The notes beneath the pieces were generated by a model. It was not told the origin of the DNA. It saw only the letters and a list, made by a program, of their open reading frames with translations, and ran no database searches. A stretch of 51,559 nt of DNA from Candidatus Aminicenantes bacterium (lineage in GTDB: Bacteria > Acidobacteriota > Aminicenantia > UBA2199), in assembly GCA_016934475.1 (NCBI GenBank), contig JAFGST010000010.1:1-51559 (forward strand). Reading direction: 5' to 3'. Shown in pieces: positions 38,494 through 47,894 of this stretch. Position 1 is the stretch's first letter. The number at the start of each line of letters is the position of its first letter. A program made the position numbers and the translations under genes.

Positions 38494-39815
38494 GCTTTCT
38501 CTCCGTGCAGCATCTCGTCCTGGAAACCCGTGATGCGGACGGCCGGCATGGGCAGGCCCTCGGAGCATGCGACCCCGATCCGGCAATGGCCGTCGACCTC
38601 GGGAGCCTGGGCCCAGATGCGGCCGATGGTGCTGCCGCCGCTCCAGGGAGCCAGCGGCAGAAAATCGACCGTTTTTCCGATTAGGCTGCGGTTGAACCGG
38701 CGCGTGTTCCGCGCGGCCATGTCCAGCAGCCGCTTCTTCCTTTCCTCGATGACGCGCGGCCTCCTACGTCCCTTCAAGGCGAAGGCCGCCGTGTTTTCCT
38801 CGGGCGAGAAGGCGAATACGCCGATCCGCTCCAAGGCCGATTCGGCGCAGAAATCGAGCAATGCGGCGAAATCATCCTCGCGCTCTCCCGGAAAGCCGAC
38901 GATGAAGGTGCTGCGCAGGACGGCGGCGGGGAAGCGGCCGCGGATCTCGCGCACCAGCCGCAGATTCTGGCGAACGCTGCCGCCGCGTTTCATTCTTTTT
39001 AGCACCGCCGGCGCCACGTGCTGGAAGGGAAGGTCGAAGTAGGGCAGCACCGTGGGCTGTTCGAAGCCGGCCAGGATGTCGGGGGTGATCTCCTCGGGCA
39101 TCAGGTAGAGGACGCGCAGCCAGCGGAAGCCGAGCCCGGACAGCTCCGCCAGCAGGGCAGGCAGCCGCGAGCGGTCCCCGCGATCCCTGCCGAAATGGCT
39201 GGAATTCTGCGAGATGAGGTTCAGCTCCTCCACCCCCCTTTTCTTCAGCCCCTCGGCTTCCTTGACAATGGAGGGGATGGTCCGCGAGCGGAACGCTCCG
39301 CGGATGAGCGGGATGGCGCAGAAACTGCAGCCCATGTCGCAGCCCTCGGAGATCTTGATGAAGCTGGAGTTTACGGTGGTGAAGACGGGACGGCGGTGAC
39401 GTTCCGAGTAGAGGAACGGCCGCCGGTCGGGATACTCCCGCCGCTGCCCGGAGGCGATGGCGTCGGCGAGATCCTCGGTGTCGTTGACCCCCCAGAGGAT
39501 GTCGGCCTGAGCGAAGGTGCTTCTCAGCTCTCGATGGTATCGTTGGACCAGGCAGCCGAAAACAGCCAGTTTCCCGATCTCCCCCTTCTCTTTTTTTTCC
39601 AGCGCGGCCAAGATCTCCTCAATGCTCTCCTCCTTGGCGTCGCGGATGAAGCCGCAGGTGTTCACAGCAAGCCAATCCGGGTTCTCGTACTCGCTGACGA
39701 TCTCCATCCCCCTTTCCTGAAGCATCCCGGCCAGCACCTCGCTGTCCACCGTGTTCTTGAAGCAGCCCAGGCTCACGAAGGCGATGCGGCTGGCGGATTG
39801 GCTGCTCTTTTTCAC
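38490..39815 (-). CDS. rimO: Ribosomal protein S12 methylthiotransferase RimO
   Basis: SLGCFKNTVDSE, NTCGFI.DAKEES, GCLVQRY, KISEGCDMGCSFCAIP, YFDLPFQH, RSTFIVGFPGE and APEVDG motifs. Confidence 0.93.
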   Translation of the reverse strand: MKKSSQSASRIAFVSLGCFKNTVDSEVLAGMLQERGMEIVSEYENPDWLAVNTCGFIRDAKEESIEEILAALEKKEKGEIGKLAVFGCLVQRYHRELRSTFAQADILWGVNDTEDLADAIASGQRREYPDRRPFLYSERHRRPVFTTVNSSFIKISEGCDMGCSFCAIPLIRGAFRSRTIPSIVKEAEGLKKRGVEELNLISQNSSHFGRDRGDRSRLPALLAELSGLGFRWLRVLYLMPEEITPDILAGFEQPTVLPYFDLPFQHVAPAVLKRMKRGGSVRQNLRLVREIRGRFPAAVLRSTFIVGFPGEREDDFAALLDFCAESALERIGVFAFSPEENTAAFALKGRRRPRVIEERKKRLLDMAARNTRRFNRSLIGKTVDFLPLAPWSGGSTIGRIWAQAPEVDGHCRIGVACSEGLPMPAVRITGFQDEMLHGEKA

Positions 39816-39933
39816 GGGACAAATTCATTCCTTGGAAAAAAGCCATTGTAACAGAAGAGCTCCCCTCCGGCAACCCGGTGTGCCCCCCGGCCGGGCGTCA
39901 GCCCGCCGGGAGGCCCCGGGGCAATATGTTCCC

Positions 39934-41520
39934 TCAACCCTCCCGTTCGCCGGTCAAGGGATTCACCTTGGCCGCACCGGATCCATTGGCCGGCCTGCTC
40001 GGCGGGGAAAGAAGCGGAGGCGGACTGCTGGTGCCGGGCTTCAGGTCGACATATTCGGTTTGGACTTCGGTCGTAGCCCCAGCGCAGTGGAAATGCAGCA
40101 TGAGGTAGGTCGGATTGTAGGTCGAATCACTGAACGTATGGAGGCTGGTGCCGTTGATCAAGAATGAATAATTGCTTCCCGATTTGACGACCTTGAGAAT
40201 GTTCCATTTGTCGAGGCCGGCCTTGATGGCGGCGGACGAACCTGATGTGATGTAGACATAACTGCCGCTATCGGTAACGAAATTGTAGGGCCCGACGCGC
40301 CAGATCCCCCATTGTCCGTTGGTCCTATAGATAAACCAATAACCGTAGGCGCTGGTCTTGCTCGTGTTGGTGCTGAGAACTATAGCGTTGGAGTAGCTGC
40401 TGCCACCCTGGAGCCGGTTCATTTCCGCGCTGGCCGTGTAATCGCCGCTGAAGGAATGGAGATACACGCTGGGCGATCCTCCGGACGGGGAGCCTTTGTA
40501 ACGGTATTTCGCCGCGAAGATATCCCAGTCGCTCGAGTAGTAGGGTGACCAGCAAGATGAGATGGGAATGCGAAAATCCTCGCGGATTCCGACGGTCAGG
40601 GTTGGGCTGACGGTGACGGTCTGGCCGATGTTGATCGAGACCGCCTGGTGGTATTCCCTGTAGCCGCAGCTGCCGCGCACATATACGTGCAAGTCGCTCT
40701 GGGCCGTGCTGAAAAAGAACGAATAAGGAGTCGTGTGGCCAGTGTCGACATAGTCGAGGTAAATGCGGGCGCCGGCCGGGGTCGAGTTGACCACCAAGTT
40801 GGCCCCCTTCAAGGCCGCCGATAATGAATGATTGTCGTTCATGGTGATGGTGCCGGAATCGGCCGCGCTTGCCCCGTCGATCTCGACCTCCAAGCCGGAA
40901 TAGCCGCCCTCGGGGGCGTAGCTGTAAGAGACGTTGGTTCCCCTGGCGTAGGTGTAGGTGCCGCTGTTGGGCGTGCCTGTGATATGTGCCCCCTTGCTGA
41001 CCGTCAGCACGAAGGTCTTGGTGGAGTTGGCCACCAGGGTGTGGTCGCCGTTCATTGTCACCGTGCCGCTGGCGGCGACGGGAGCGCCGTCCAGGGTAAC
41101 CGAAAGGTCGCTGTAGCCGCTCTGCAGGGAATAGCTGTAGTTGACGACCGTTCCTTTCTCGTGGGTCGTCGATCCGGAAGTCGGAGTCCCGGTGACGCCT
41201 TCGCCCACCGTGGTCGTCAGAGTGTAATTTTTCTTTTTCAGGACCAGGAAATACAGCGCCGCCGCCCCGGCGGCCACGACGACCAGGCCCACGATCAGCC
41301 AGGGGAATTTCTTCCCTTTCCTGACCGCGGGCGCCGATTCCTCCTGCTCGATGAACCCGGTATCCTCGCTCGACTCGTGTGAGGCGGCCGCGCTTTTCTC
41401 GGATCCCGGAGCGGCGGTGGGCGCCGCCGGCATCTGGTTGGCCCAGAAGCATACCATGGCTAAAAAGGCGATGGCCACGACCATGGACAGCGGTTTGCGA
41501 AAAATGCTTGTGGTTTTCAT
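39934..41520 (-). CDS. Surface protein with two InlB-B/Flg_new-like repeats, a PEGA domain and a C-terminal lectin-like beta-sandwich
   Basis: Signal peptide, second TM (FPWLIVGLVVVAAGAAALYFLVL), two ~70-aa repeats, PEGA (VNSTPAGARIYLD..DTGHTTP) and an aromatic beta-rich C-terminus (WNILKVVKSG..YSFLING). Confidence 0.72.
   Translation of the reverse strand: MKTTSIFRKPLSMVVAIAFLAMVCFWANQMPAAPTAAPGSEKSAAASHESSEDTGFIEQEESAPAVRKGKKFPWLIVGLVVVAAGAAALYFLVLKKKNYTLTTTVGEGVTGTPTSGSTTHEKGTVVNYSYSLQSGYSDLSVTLDGAPVAASGTVTMNGDHTLVANSTKTFVLTVSKGAHITGTPNSGTYTYARGTNVSYSYAPEGGYSGLEVEIDGASAADSGTITMNDNHSLSAALKGANLVVNSTPAGARIYLDYVDTGHTTPYSFFFSTAQSDLHVYVRGSCGYREYHQAVSINIGQTVTVSPTLTVGIREDFRIPISSCWSPYYSSDWDIFAAKYRYKGSPSGGSPSVYLHSFSGDYTASAEMNRLQGGSSYSNAIVLSTNTSKTSAYGYWFIYRTNGQWGIWRVGPYNFVTDSGSYVYITSGSSAAIKAGLDKWNILKVVKSGSNYSFLINGTSLHTFSDSTYNPTYLMLHFHCAGATTEVQTEYVDLKPGTSSPPPLLSPPSRPANGSGAAKVNPLTGEREG
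40810..41226 (-). repeat. Two tandem ~70-codon intragenic repeats
   Basis: YTLTTTVGEGVTGTPTSG...VNYSYS..GYS.L.V.LDG....SGTVTMN.DH versus FVLTVSKGAHITGTPNSG...VSYSYA..GYS.L.V.IDG....SGTITMN.NH. Confidence 0.8.
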
Positions 41521-41699
41521 TCCCTCCTCCTTTTTGAGAGATCGAAAATTCCTATCAGACAATTATATTGGATTTGTGATTTTATCTCATCTTTTTTTTA
41601 AATATTTTTTTCTCTCGTGGAGTGAACTAAGGTTCAATTGACGGGTTTTCAATACTGTGATATATGAATGGCGGATTATTGTCTAGAAAGGAGGCATAT

Positions 41700-42845
41700 A
41701 TGAGTCTTTCGGGGGAAAAAGCGCCGCAAAAGAGGTATCGCATCGCCTGGCTGCCCGGCGACGGCATCGGGATCGAGGTGCTGGCCGCGGCCAGGGTCGT
41801 CCTTGACAAACTGCATTTCACCGCCGAGTACGTCCACGGCGACATCGGCTGGGAGTTCTGGTGCAAGGAGGGCGACGCCTTCCCGCAGCGCACCATCGAC
41901 CTGCTCAAGAGCGTCGACGCGGCCATGTTCGGCGCCATCACCTCCAAGCCGGTCAAGGCGGCCGAGGCCGAGCTTGTGCCCGAGTTGAAGGGCCGGGGCC
42001 TCGTCTACCGCTCGCCGATCGTGCGCATGCGCCAGCTCTTCGACCTGTACAATTGCCTGCGCCCCTGCAAGGCCTATCCCGGCAATCCGCTGAACTTCAA
42101 GGAGAACATCGACCTGGTGGTCTTCCGCGAGAATACCGAGGACCTTTACTCCGGGGTGGAGTTCAACCAGGTGCCGCCCGAGCTGGCCGAGGTCCTGGCC
42201 AGGCTTTCCAAGCCCTTCGCGGCGTTCAAGGATCTTCCCGGCGACCAGTACGCCATCTCGACCAAGATCAATACCCGCAAGGGATCGGAGCGCATCATCC
42301 GCGAGGCCTTCGAGTTCGCCAAGAAGTTCGGCCGCAAGAAGGTCACCGTGGTGCACAAGGCCAACGTGGTGCGCGCCACCGACGGCCTGTTCCTGGAGAC
42401 CGCCAGGGAGGTGGCCCAGGGCTATCCCGAGATCCAGATGGACAACGCCAACATCGACGCCATGTGCATGTGGCTGCTGAAGAACCCCTTCAACTACGAT
42501 GTCCTGGTGGCCCCCAACCTCTACGGCGACATCATCTCCGACCTCTGCGCCCAGATGGTCGGCGGCCTGGGCTTCGGCTGCTCGGGCAACATCGGCGAGA
42601 AGCTGGCCGTCTTCGAGCCGACCCACGGCTCGGCGCCGAAATACTCCGGCCAGCAAAAGGTCAATCCCATCGCCACCATCCTGGCCGCCAAGATGATGCT
42701 CGACTGGCTCGGCGAGACCGAGATGGGCGCGCGGCTGGAGACCGCAACCGCCGCGGTGATCAAGGAAGGCAAGGTGCGCACCTACGACATGGGGGGGGCC
42801 AACAAGACGCTGGAGATGGCCGAGGCGATCGCCGCGAAGCTGTAA
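41700..42845 (+). CDS. Isocitrate/isopropylmalate/homoisocitrate dehydrogenase family protein
   Basis: LPGDGIGIEV, FGAITS, SPIVRMRQLFDLY..LRP, FRENTED.Y, HKANV, NLYGDIISD and EPTHGSAPKY motifs; AGGAGG RBS. Confidence 0.9.
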   Translation: MSLSGEKAPQKRYRIAWLPGDGIGIEVLAAARVVLDKLHFTAEYVHGDIGWEFWCKEGDAFPQRTIDLLKSVDAAMFGAITSKPVKAAEAELVPELKGRGLVYRSPIVRMRQLFDLYNCLRPCKAYPGNPLNFKENIDLVVFRENTEDLYSGVEFNQVPPELAEVLARLSKPFAAFKDLPGDQYAISTKINTRKGSERIIREAFEFAKKFGRKKVTVVHKANVVRATDGLFLETAREVAQGYPEIQMDNANIDAMCMWLLKNPFNYDVLVAPNLYGDIISDLCAQMVGGLGFGCSGNIGEKLAVFEPTHGSAPKYSGQQKVNPIATILAAKMMLDWLGETEMGARLETATAAVIKEGKVRTYDMGGANKTLEMAEAIAAKL

Positions 42846-42898
42846 ATCCCCGGCATCTTGCATGAACGCCGGGCAAGGGCGCAAAGGGAGGTCATTCA

Positions 42899-43819
42899 AT
42901 GAATGAGATCCGTATTCATGAAGTCGGCCTACGGGACGGGCTGCAGATCGAGAAGCAATCCGTGCCCCTGGAAAAGAAGGTCGAATGGGTGGAAGCCCTG
43001 CTGGCCGCCGGCGTCGGCATGATCCAGCTGGGTTCGTTCGTCAACCCGGAGAGGGTGCCGCAGATGGCCGACAGCGACAAGCTCTTCGCCCATTTCGGCC
43101 AGGCGGGACGAAAGCCGGTTACGGCCGTCCTGTCGGGGCTGGTGCTGAATGAAAAAGGGCTTGAGCGCGGCATGGCCTGCGGGGTCGACATGTTCTGCAT
43201 GGGGGTGTCGGCCAGCGAAACCCACAGCCGCAAGAACACGGGCAAGGGCACCGATGAGGCCATCGGTCAGATCGTCGCCATGGCCCAGGCGGCCCTGAAA
43301 TCCGGCAAGCGCGTCCAGGCCTCCATTCAGTCGGCGTTCGGCTGCGGCTTCGAGGGGCCCATGGCTCCCGAGAGGGTCTTGGCCATCGTCGACAGGTACC
43401 TGGAGGCGGGCATAGGCAATATCAGCCTGGCCGACACGGCGGGTCATGCCCACCCCCCCCAGGTGGAAGGCCTGTACGGGGAAATCCGCAAGCGCGACGG
43501 CAAGGCCGAGCTGGCCTGCCACTTCCACAACACCTACGGCCTGGGGCTGGCGAACTGCTATGCGGCCATGAGAGCCGGGGTGACGTATTTCGAGGCGGCG
43601 CTGGGCGGACTGGGCGGCTGCCCCTTCACCAAGGTGGCGGCGGGCAACGTCTGCAGCGAGGACCTGGTCCATTCCCTGCAGCGCCAGGGGCTGGCCATGG
43701 AGATCGACCTGGACAGGCTCACCGAGACCGCCCGCGATCTCGGCCGCTTCTTCGGCCGCGAGCTCCCCGGATTCATCCTCAAGGCAGGCTCCATCGTCCG
43801 TTTCAGGAAAACGCCATAA
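42899..43819 (+). CDS. HMG-CoA lyase family (DRE-TIM) acyl-CoA lyase
   Basis: HEVGLRDGLQ, GSFVNP.RVPQMAD, AFGCGFEG, SLADTAG, HFHNTYG and GGLGGCPF..AAGNV motifs. Confidence 0.9.
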   Translation: MNEIRIHEVGLRDGLQIEKQSVPLEKKVEWVEALLAAGVGMIQLGSFVNPERVPQMADSDKLFAHFGQAGRKPVTAVLSGLVLNEKGLERGMACGVDMFCMGVSASETHSRKNTGKGTDEAIGQIVAMAQAALKSGKRVQASIQSAFGCGFEGPMAPERVLAIVDRYLEAGIGNISLADTAGHAHPPQVEGLYGEIRKRDGKAELACHFHNTYGLGLANCYAAMRAGVTYFEAALGGLGGCPFTKVAAGNVCSEDLVHSLQRQGLAMEIDLDRLTETARDLGRFFGRELPGFILKAGSIVRFRKTP

Positions 43820-43831
43820 AGGAGTAACACC

Positions 43832-45025
43832 ATGAAATTACTGGAAAAGGTCAGGATCGTTGACCTGACCAATGTCCTTTCGGGACCGTTCTGCACCATG
43901 CACCTGGCCCTGCTGGGAGCCGAGGTGATCAAGGTGGAGAATCCCGAGGGGGGCGACCTCGCCCGCAAGCTGGGCAATGTCCCCGGCCTGAACAAGCAGC
44001 TGATGGGCACCAGCTTCCTGGCGCAGAACGCCAACAAGAAATCGCTCACCCTGAACCTGAAGCTCGACGAGGGCAAGGAGATCTTCCGCAAGCTGGTCGA
44101 GAGCGCCGACGTGCTGGTGGAGAATTTCCGCCCCGGCGTCATGGACCGCCTCGGCTTTTCCTATTCGAAGTTGTCGGAGATCAATCCGCGCTTGGTCTAC
44201 TGCGCCATCTCCGGCTTCGGCCAGACGGGGCCCGATGCCTTCAAGCCGGCCTACGACCAGATCATCCAGGGCCTGAGCGGGGTCATGGCCATCAACGGCG
44301 ATGAGCGCCTGAACCCGCTGCGCTGCGGATTCCCGGTCTGCGACACGGTCGGCGGCTTGAACGCGGCCTTCGCCATCATGGCCGCGCTTTATTACCGGGA
44401 GAAGAGCGGTCGCGGCCAGTTCATCGACATCGCTATGCTCGACTCGATCATGCCGCTGATGGGCTGGGTGGCGGCCAACCTGCTCATCGGCGGCCAGCAG
44501 CCGCTGCTTCTGGGCAACGACAACTTCACCGCCGCCCCATCGGGGGCCTTCGCCACCCAGGATGGCTACGTCAACATCGCCGCCAACCAGCAGAAGCAGT
44601 GGGAAGACCTGGCCGACGCCCTAGGCGTTCCGGAGCTGAAGAACGATCCCCGCTTCCAGGAGCGCGACACGCGGAAAGGCAACCGCAAGCTGCTGACTCC
44701 CCTGCTGGAGGCCAGGCTGAAGGAGAACACGACCGCCTACTGGGTCGACCTGCTCAACGACCGGGGCATCCCCTCCGGCGACATCGTCGGCCTGGAGGCG
44801 GCACTGACCTCGGAGCAGGCCCGGCACCGGCAGGTCATCGAGGAGGTCAAGGAGGAGGGGATCGGAACCATCAAGATCTTCAACCTGACCGCCAAGTTCT
44901 CGGAAACCCCGGCCGGGATCGATGCCCCGCCGCCGCGCCTGTCGGCCCATACCGCGGAGATCCTCGAGGGGCTGGGCTACAGGAAAGAGGACGTCAAGGC
45001 GTTCAAGGAAAAAGGCGCGATCTGA
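43832..45025 (+). CDS. Family III CoA-transferase (CaiB/BaiF)
   Basis: DLTNVLSGPFC..LALLGAEVIKVE, NANKKS, ENFRPGV, SGFGQTGP, AYD and catalytic-Asp region FPVCD. Confidence 0.92.
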   Translation: MKLLEKVRIVDLTNVLSGPFCTMHLALLGAEVIKVENPEGGDLARKLGNVPGLNKQLMGTSFLAQNANKKSLTLNLKLDEGKEIFRKLVESADVLVENFRPGVMDRLGFSYSKLSEINPRLVYCAISGFGQTGPDAFKPAYDQIIQGLSGVMAINGDERLNPLRCGFPVCDTVGGLNAAFAIMAALYYREKSGRGQFIDIAMLDSIMPLMGWVAANLLIGGQQPLLLGNDNFTAAPSGAFATQDGYVNIAANQQKQWEDLADALGVPELKNDPRFQERDTRKGNRKLLTPLLEARLKENTTAYWVDLLNDRGIPSGDIVGLEAALTSEQARHRQVIEEVKEEGIGTIKIFNLTAKFSETPAGIDAPPPRLSAHTAEILEGLGYRKEDVKAFKEKGAI

Positions 45026-45054
45026 GCGCCGCCACAACACAAGGAGGAACCACC

Positions 45055-46347
45055 ATGGGAATGACGATGGTTGAGAAGATCCTGGTCAGGGCGACCGGCC
45101 AGGCCGAGGTCAAGGCCGGCGATGTCTTGGAGCCGAAGGTCGATCTGGCCATGTCGCACGAAAACGGCGCCCTGGTCATCAACCAGTTCAACGACATCTA
45201 CAAGGGCACCGGGCTCGAGGCCAGGGTGTGGGATCCGAGCCGGATCGCCATCATCTTTGACCACCGGGTCCCGGCCGAAAGCTCGAAAACGGCGACCAAC
45301 CAGAAGAAGATCCGTGACTTCGTGGCCAAGCAGGGGATCAGCAAGTTTCACGACATCCGCGGCGACGGCGGCGGCATTTGCCACCAGATCCTCCCCGAGT
45401 ACGGCTATGTGCGGCCGGGCCACGTCGTGGTCGGGACCGATAGCCACACCACCAGCCACGGCGCCCTGGGCGCCTTCTCCTTCGGCATCGGCGCCACGGA
45501 AATGGCCGCCGTCTGGGCATTGGGGAAGATGCTGAACGTCGAGGTGCCTAAGACCATCAAGGTGATCTGCGAAGGCAAGTTCAAGCGCCATGTGGCGCCC
45601 AAGGACCTGATCCTGCATCTGGTGGGCAAGCTGACGGCCGAGGGGGCCAATTTCAAGGTCATCGAATTCCATGGCCCGGTCATCGAGAGCATGCCGACCT
45701 CGGGCCGTCTCGTGATCTGCAACATGACGGTCGAGGCCGGCGCCACCTCGGGCATCGTGCCGCCCGACGCCGAGACGGTGCGCTATTTGAAGGAGGAAGC
45801 CGGAGTCGAAGAGGTTCCCGAGCTGTTCGGCCCCGATCCCGATGCGGTTTATGAACAGGAGATCACTATCAACGTCTCCAAGCTGCAGCCGCAGATCGCT
45901 TGCCCGCACACGGTGGACAACGTCAAGCCCATCAAGCAGGTGCTGGGTGTCAAGATCAACCAGGTCGTCATCGGCTCCTGCACCAACGGCCGCCTCGACG
46001 ACCTGGCCATCGCCGCCAAGATCCTGAAAGGGAAGAAAGTAGCCAAGGGAACACGCATGCTGATCTTCCCCGCCTCGACGCGCATCTACCGGCAGGCCCT
46101 CAAGAAGGGATATCTCGCCACCTTCATGGAGGCCGGCGCCGTGGTGATGAACTCCGGCTGCGGCCCCTGCCTGGGCATCCACCAGGGGGCCCTGGCCGAT
46201 GGCGACGTCGCCCTGGCCACGACCAACCGCAACTTCAAGGGGCGCATGGGCAATCCCAACGCCGAGGTCTACCTGTGCTCGCCGGCCGTGGCCGCCGCTT
46301 CGGCCGTCACCGGCGTCATAACCGACCCGAGAAAAAAAGGAGAATAG
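45055..46347 (+). CDS. 3-isopropylmalate dehydratase/homoaconitase large subunit (LeuC/HacA type)
   Basis: MTMVEKIL, FDH..P, GICHQ, GTDSHT..HGA, GSCTNGR, GCGPCLG and NRNFKGRMG motifs; AAGGAGG RBS. Substrate unresolved. Confidence 0.9.
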   Translation: MGMTMVEKILVRATGQAEVKAGDVLEPKVDLAMSHENGALVINQFNDIYKGTGLEARVWDPSRIAIIFDHRVPAESSKTATNQKKIRDFVAKQGISKFHDIRGDGGGICHQILPEYGYVRPGHVVVGTDSHTTSHGALGAFSFGIGATEMAAVWALGKMLNVEVPKTIKVICEGKFKRHVAPKDLILHLVGKLTAEGANFKVIEFHGPVIESMPTSGRLVICNMTVEAGATSGIVPPDAETVRYLKEEAGVEEVPELFGPDPDAVYEQEITINVSKLQPQIACPHTVDNVKPIKQVLGVKINQVVIGSCTNGRLDDLAIAAKILKGKKVAKGTRMLIFPASTRIYRQALKKGYLATFMEAGAVVMNSGCGPCLGIHQGALADGDVALATTNRNFKGRMGNPNAEVYLCSPAVAAASAVTGVITDPRKKGE

Positions 46348-46351
46348 CAAA

Positions 46352-46852
46352 ATGGCCAAAGTCGTTTACAAAGTCGGAGACGATGTCTCCACCGACATCA
46401 TCTACCCGGGACGGTTCATGGCCACGGTGTTGCCGAGCGAAACGCCGCAGTATGCCTTTGCCGATTCCCCCGAATTCAACGCCAGGATCAAGAGCGGGGA
46501 ATTTCCGCCGCAGAGCATCATCGTGGCCGGAAAGAACTTCGGCTGCGGCTCATCGCGCGAACAGGCCGCCTCCTGCCTGAAGGGTCCCGATTTCGTGGTC
46601 GTTGCCCGCAATTTTTCGCGCATCTTCATGCAAAACGCCATCAATCTCGGCCTGAAAATGGTCATCTGCCCGACGATCGAGACCAATGAGGGGGACGAGC
46701 TGGAAATTACCGCCGACCAGGTGGTCAACAAGAACTCGGGCAAGATTTTTCCCGTGATCCCCATGCCCAAGGCGCGGCAGGCGATCATCGACGCCGGCGG
46801 CCTGATCCCTTTCGCCCGCCAGCTGGTTGTCGAGGCCCAGGGCAAGGGCTGA
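46352..46852 (+). CDS. 3-isopropylmalate dehydratase/homoaconitase small subunit (LeuD/HacB type)
   Basis: GDDVSTDIIYP, AGKNFGCGSSREQA, FSRIFMQNAINLG and IIDAGGL motifs. Confidence 0.9.
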   Translation: MAKVVYKVGDDVSTDIIYPGRFMATVLPSETPQYAFADSPEFNARIKSGEFPPQSIIVAGKNFGCGSSREQAASCLKGPDFVVVARNFSRIFMQNAINLGLKMVICPTIETNEGDELEITADQVVNKNSGKIFPVIPMPKARQAIIDAGGLIPFARQLVVEAQGKG

Positions 46853-46857
46853 GCCCG

Positions 46858-47676
46858 TTGGGCCTGAACTTCAGGGAGGCGCTGTCCGCCCTCTCCCGGG
46901 CGCTGCCTTTGGTCCTTTTCCGGGCCGGGATTTTCGTGGTCGGCGGCTTCGCTGCCGTCATTTTTTTCGGCATGCTGCTCCTCGTCCTCCGCCCAAACGG
47001 CGGCGCTGGCCCGCTTGTCGCCCTGCTCCTCGCCTTGCCAATCCTCCTCGGCGGCTGGGCCAGTGGCCGGCTGCTGCAACGATTCTTTCTATTCCGCCAC
47101 CGGGCGGCCATGCTATACCTTTTCTCGGAGCAGAGACCCGCGGCCCCGGGGCTAGCCGGCGCCCTGCAAGAAACGGAGCGCTCCATCCCCGACCATGGCG
47201 CCTGGTTGGCCTTGAACCATGCCATAGGCAGAGCCTTTGCGGGCTTTCCCGGCGATGGTTCGGCGGCGATTACCGTCCATCCGGTCACCGCTGAGGTCCT
47301 CGGCCAGGCCGTCCTGGCCCTGGCATTCTCCCGGGGCGGAACGGACTTCAAGCATTCTATCCGGGAGGGGCTGGCTCTTTTTTTCTGCAACGGGGATGAA
47401 ACAAGGTGCCTGGCGCGGCGCTGGCTGGGATTCTCGGTCGCCGGCCTCACGCTCCTTTTCCTCTGCCTCGCCTTGCCCAATTGGTTTTTATTCAGCAGCG
47501 TTGGTGCGCCGGTCTGGATCGGCATGGCCCTGGCCGCAACCATCGCCTGGCTCCTGCAGCAGGCCTTTGTTTTCCCATTTGTTCTGGCTGGCGTCAGTGG
47601 TGCGCTCCTGGCCGCCACCCGCGGGCATACTCCCGACCCGGACCTGGTCGAAAAGCTGGCCACAGTCCTGCCGTAG
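46858..47676 (+). CDS. Hypothetical membrane protein
   Basis: 272-codon ORF starting 5 bp after the leuD-like stop, with about 4 hydrophobic segments. Confidence 0.6.
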   Translation: MGLNFREALSALSRALPLVLFRAGIFVVGGFAAVIFFGMLLLVLRPNGGAGPLVALLLALPILLGGWASGRLLQRFFLFRHRAAMLYLFSEQRPAAPGLAGALQETERSIPDHGAWLALNHAIGRAFAGFPGDGSAAITVHPVTAEVLGQAVLALAFSRGGTDFKHSIREGLALFFCNGDETRCLARRWLGFSVAGLTLLFLCLALPNWFLFSSVGAPVWIGMALAATIAWLLQQAFVFPFVLAGVSGALLAATRGHTPDPDLVEKLATVLP

Positions 47677-47685
47677 CGGCCTATT

Positions 47686-47782
47686 TTAGTCGCTCACTTC
47701 GATGGTCTTTATTTCGCTCCTGCCGAAATACTGGGTGTGGTATATGCTCTGGGCGACCGTCGGCATCCAGGTGAAGCGGCCC
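47686..47782 (-). pseudogene. Diverged copy of the last 31 codons of the alpha-2-macroglobulin gene
   Basis: Translates GRFTWMPTVAQSIYHTQYFGRSEIKTIEVSD*, versus GRFTWMPAVAQGMYHPQYFGRNQIMAVEVVE* at 49634-49729. Confidence 0.88.
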
Positions 47783-47894
47783 AACCACAAGCTGACGGAC
47801 CTTTACTCCAACCCCTGACCAAATAAAATGGTCCAACTTGAATTGGGGAATAAATCTTGTTAGACTTTGCCGAATTGGAGAATTCACCCTGATC

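Noticed and set aside
39860-39933. GC-rich hairpin-like sequence between the PEGA gene and rimO
   Set aside because: Imperfect stems with no U-tract; cannot be distinguished from chance in high-GC DNA.
44599-45054. Apparent 152-aa N-terminal extension of the leuC-like ORF
   Set aside because: It overlaps the CoA-transferase in another frame, and a strong RBS precedes ATG 45055.
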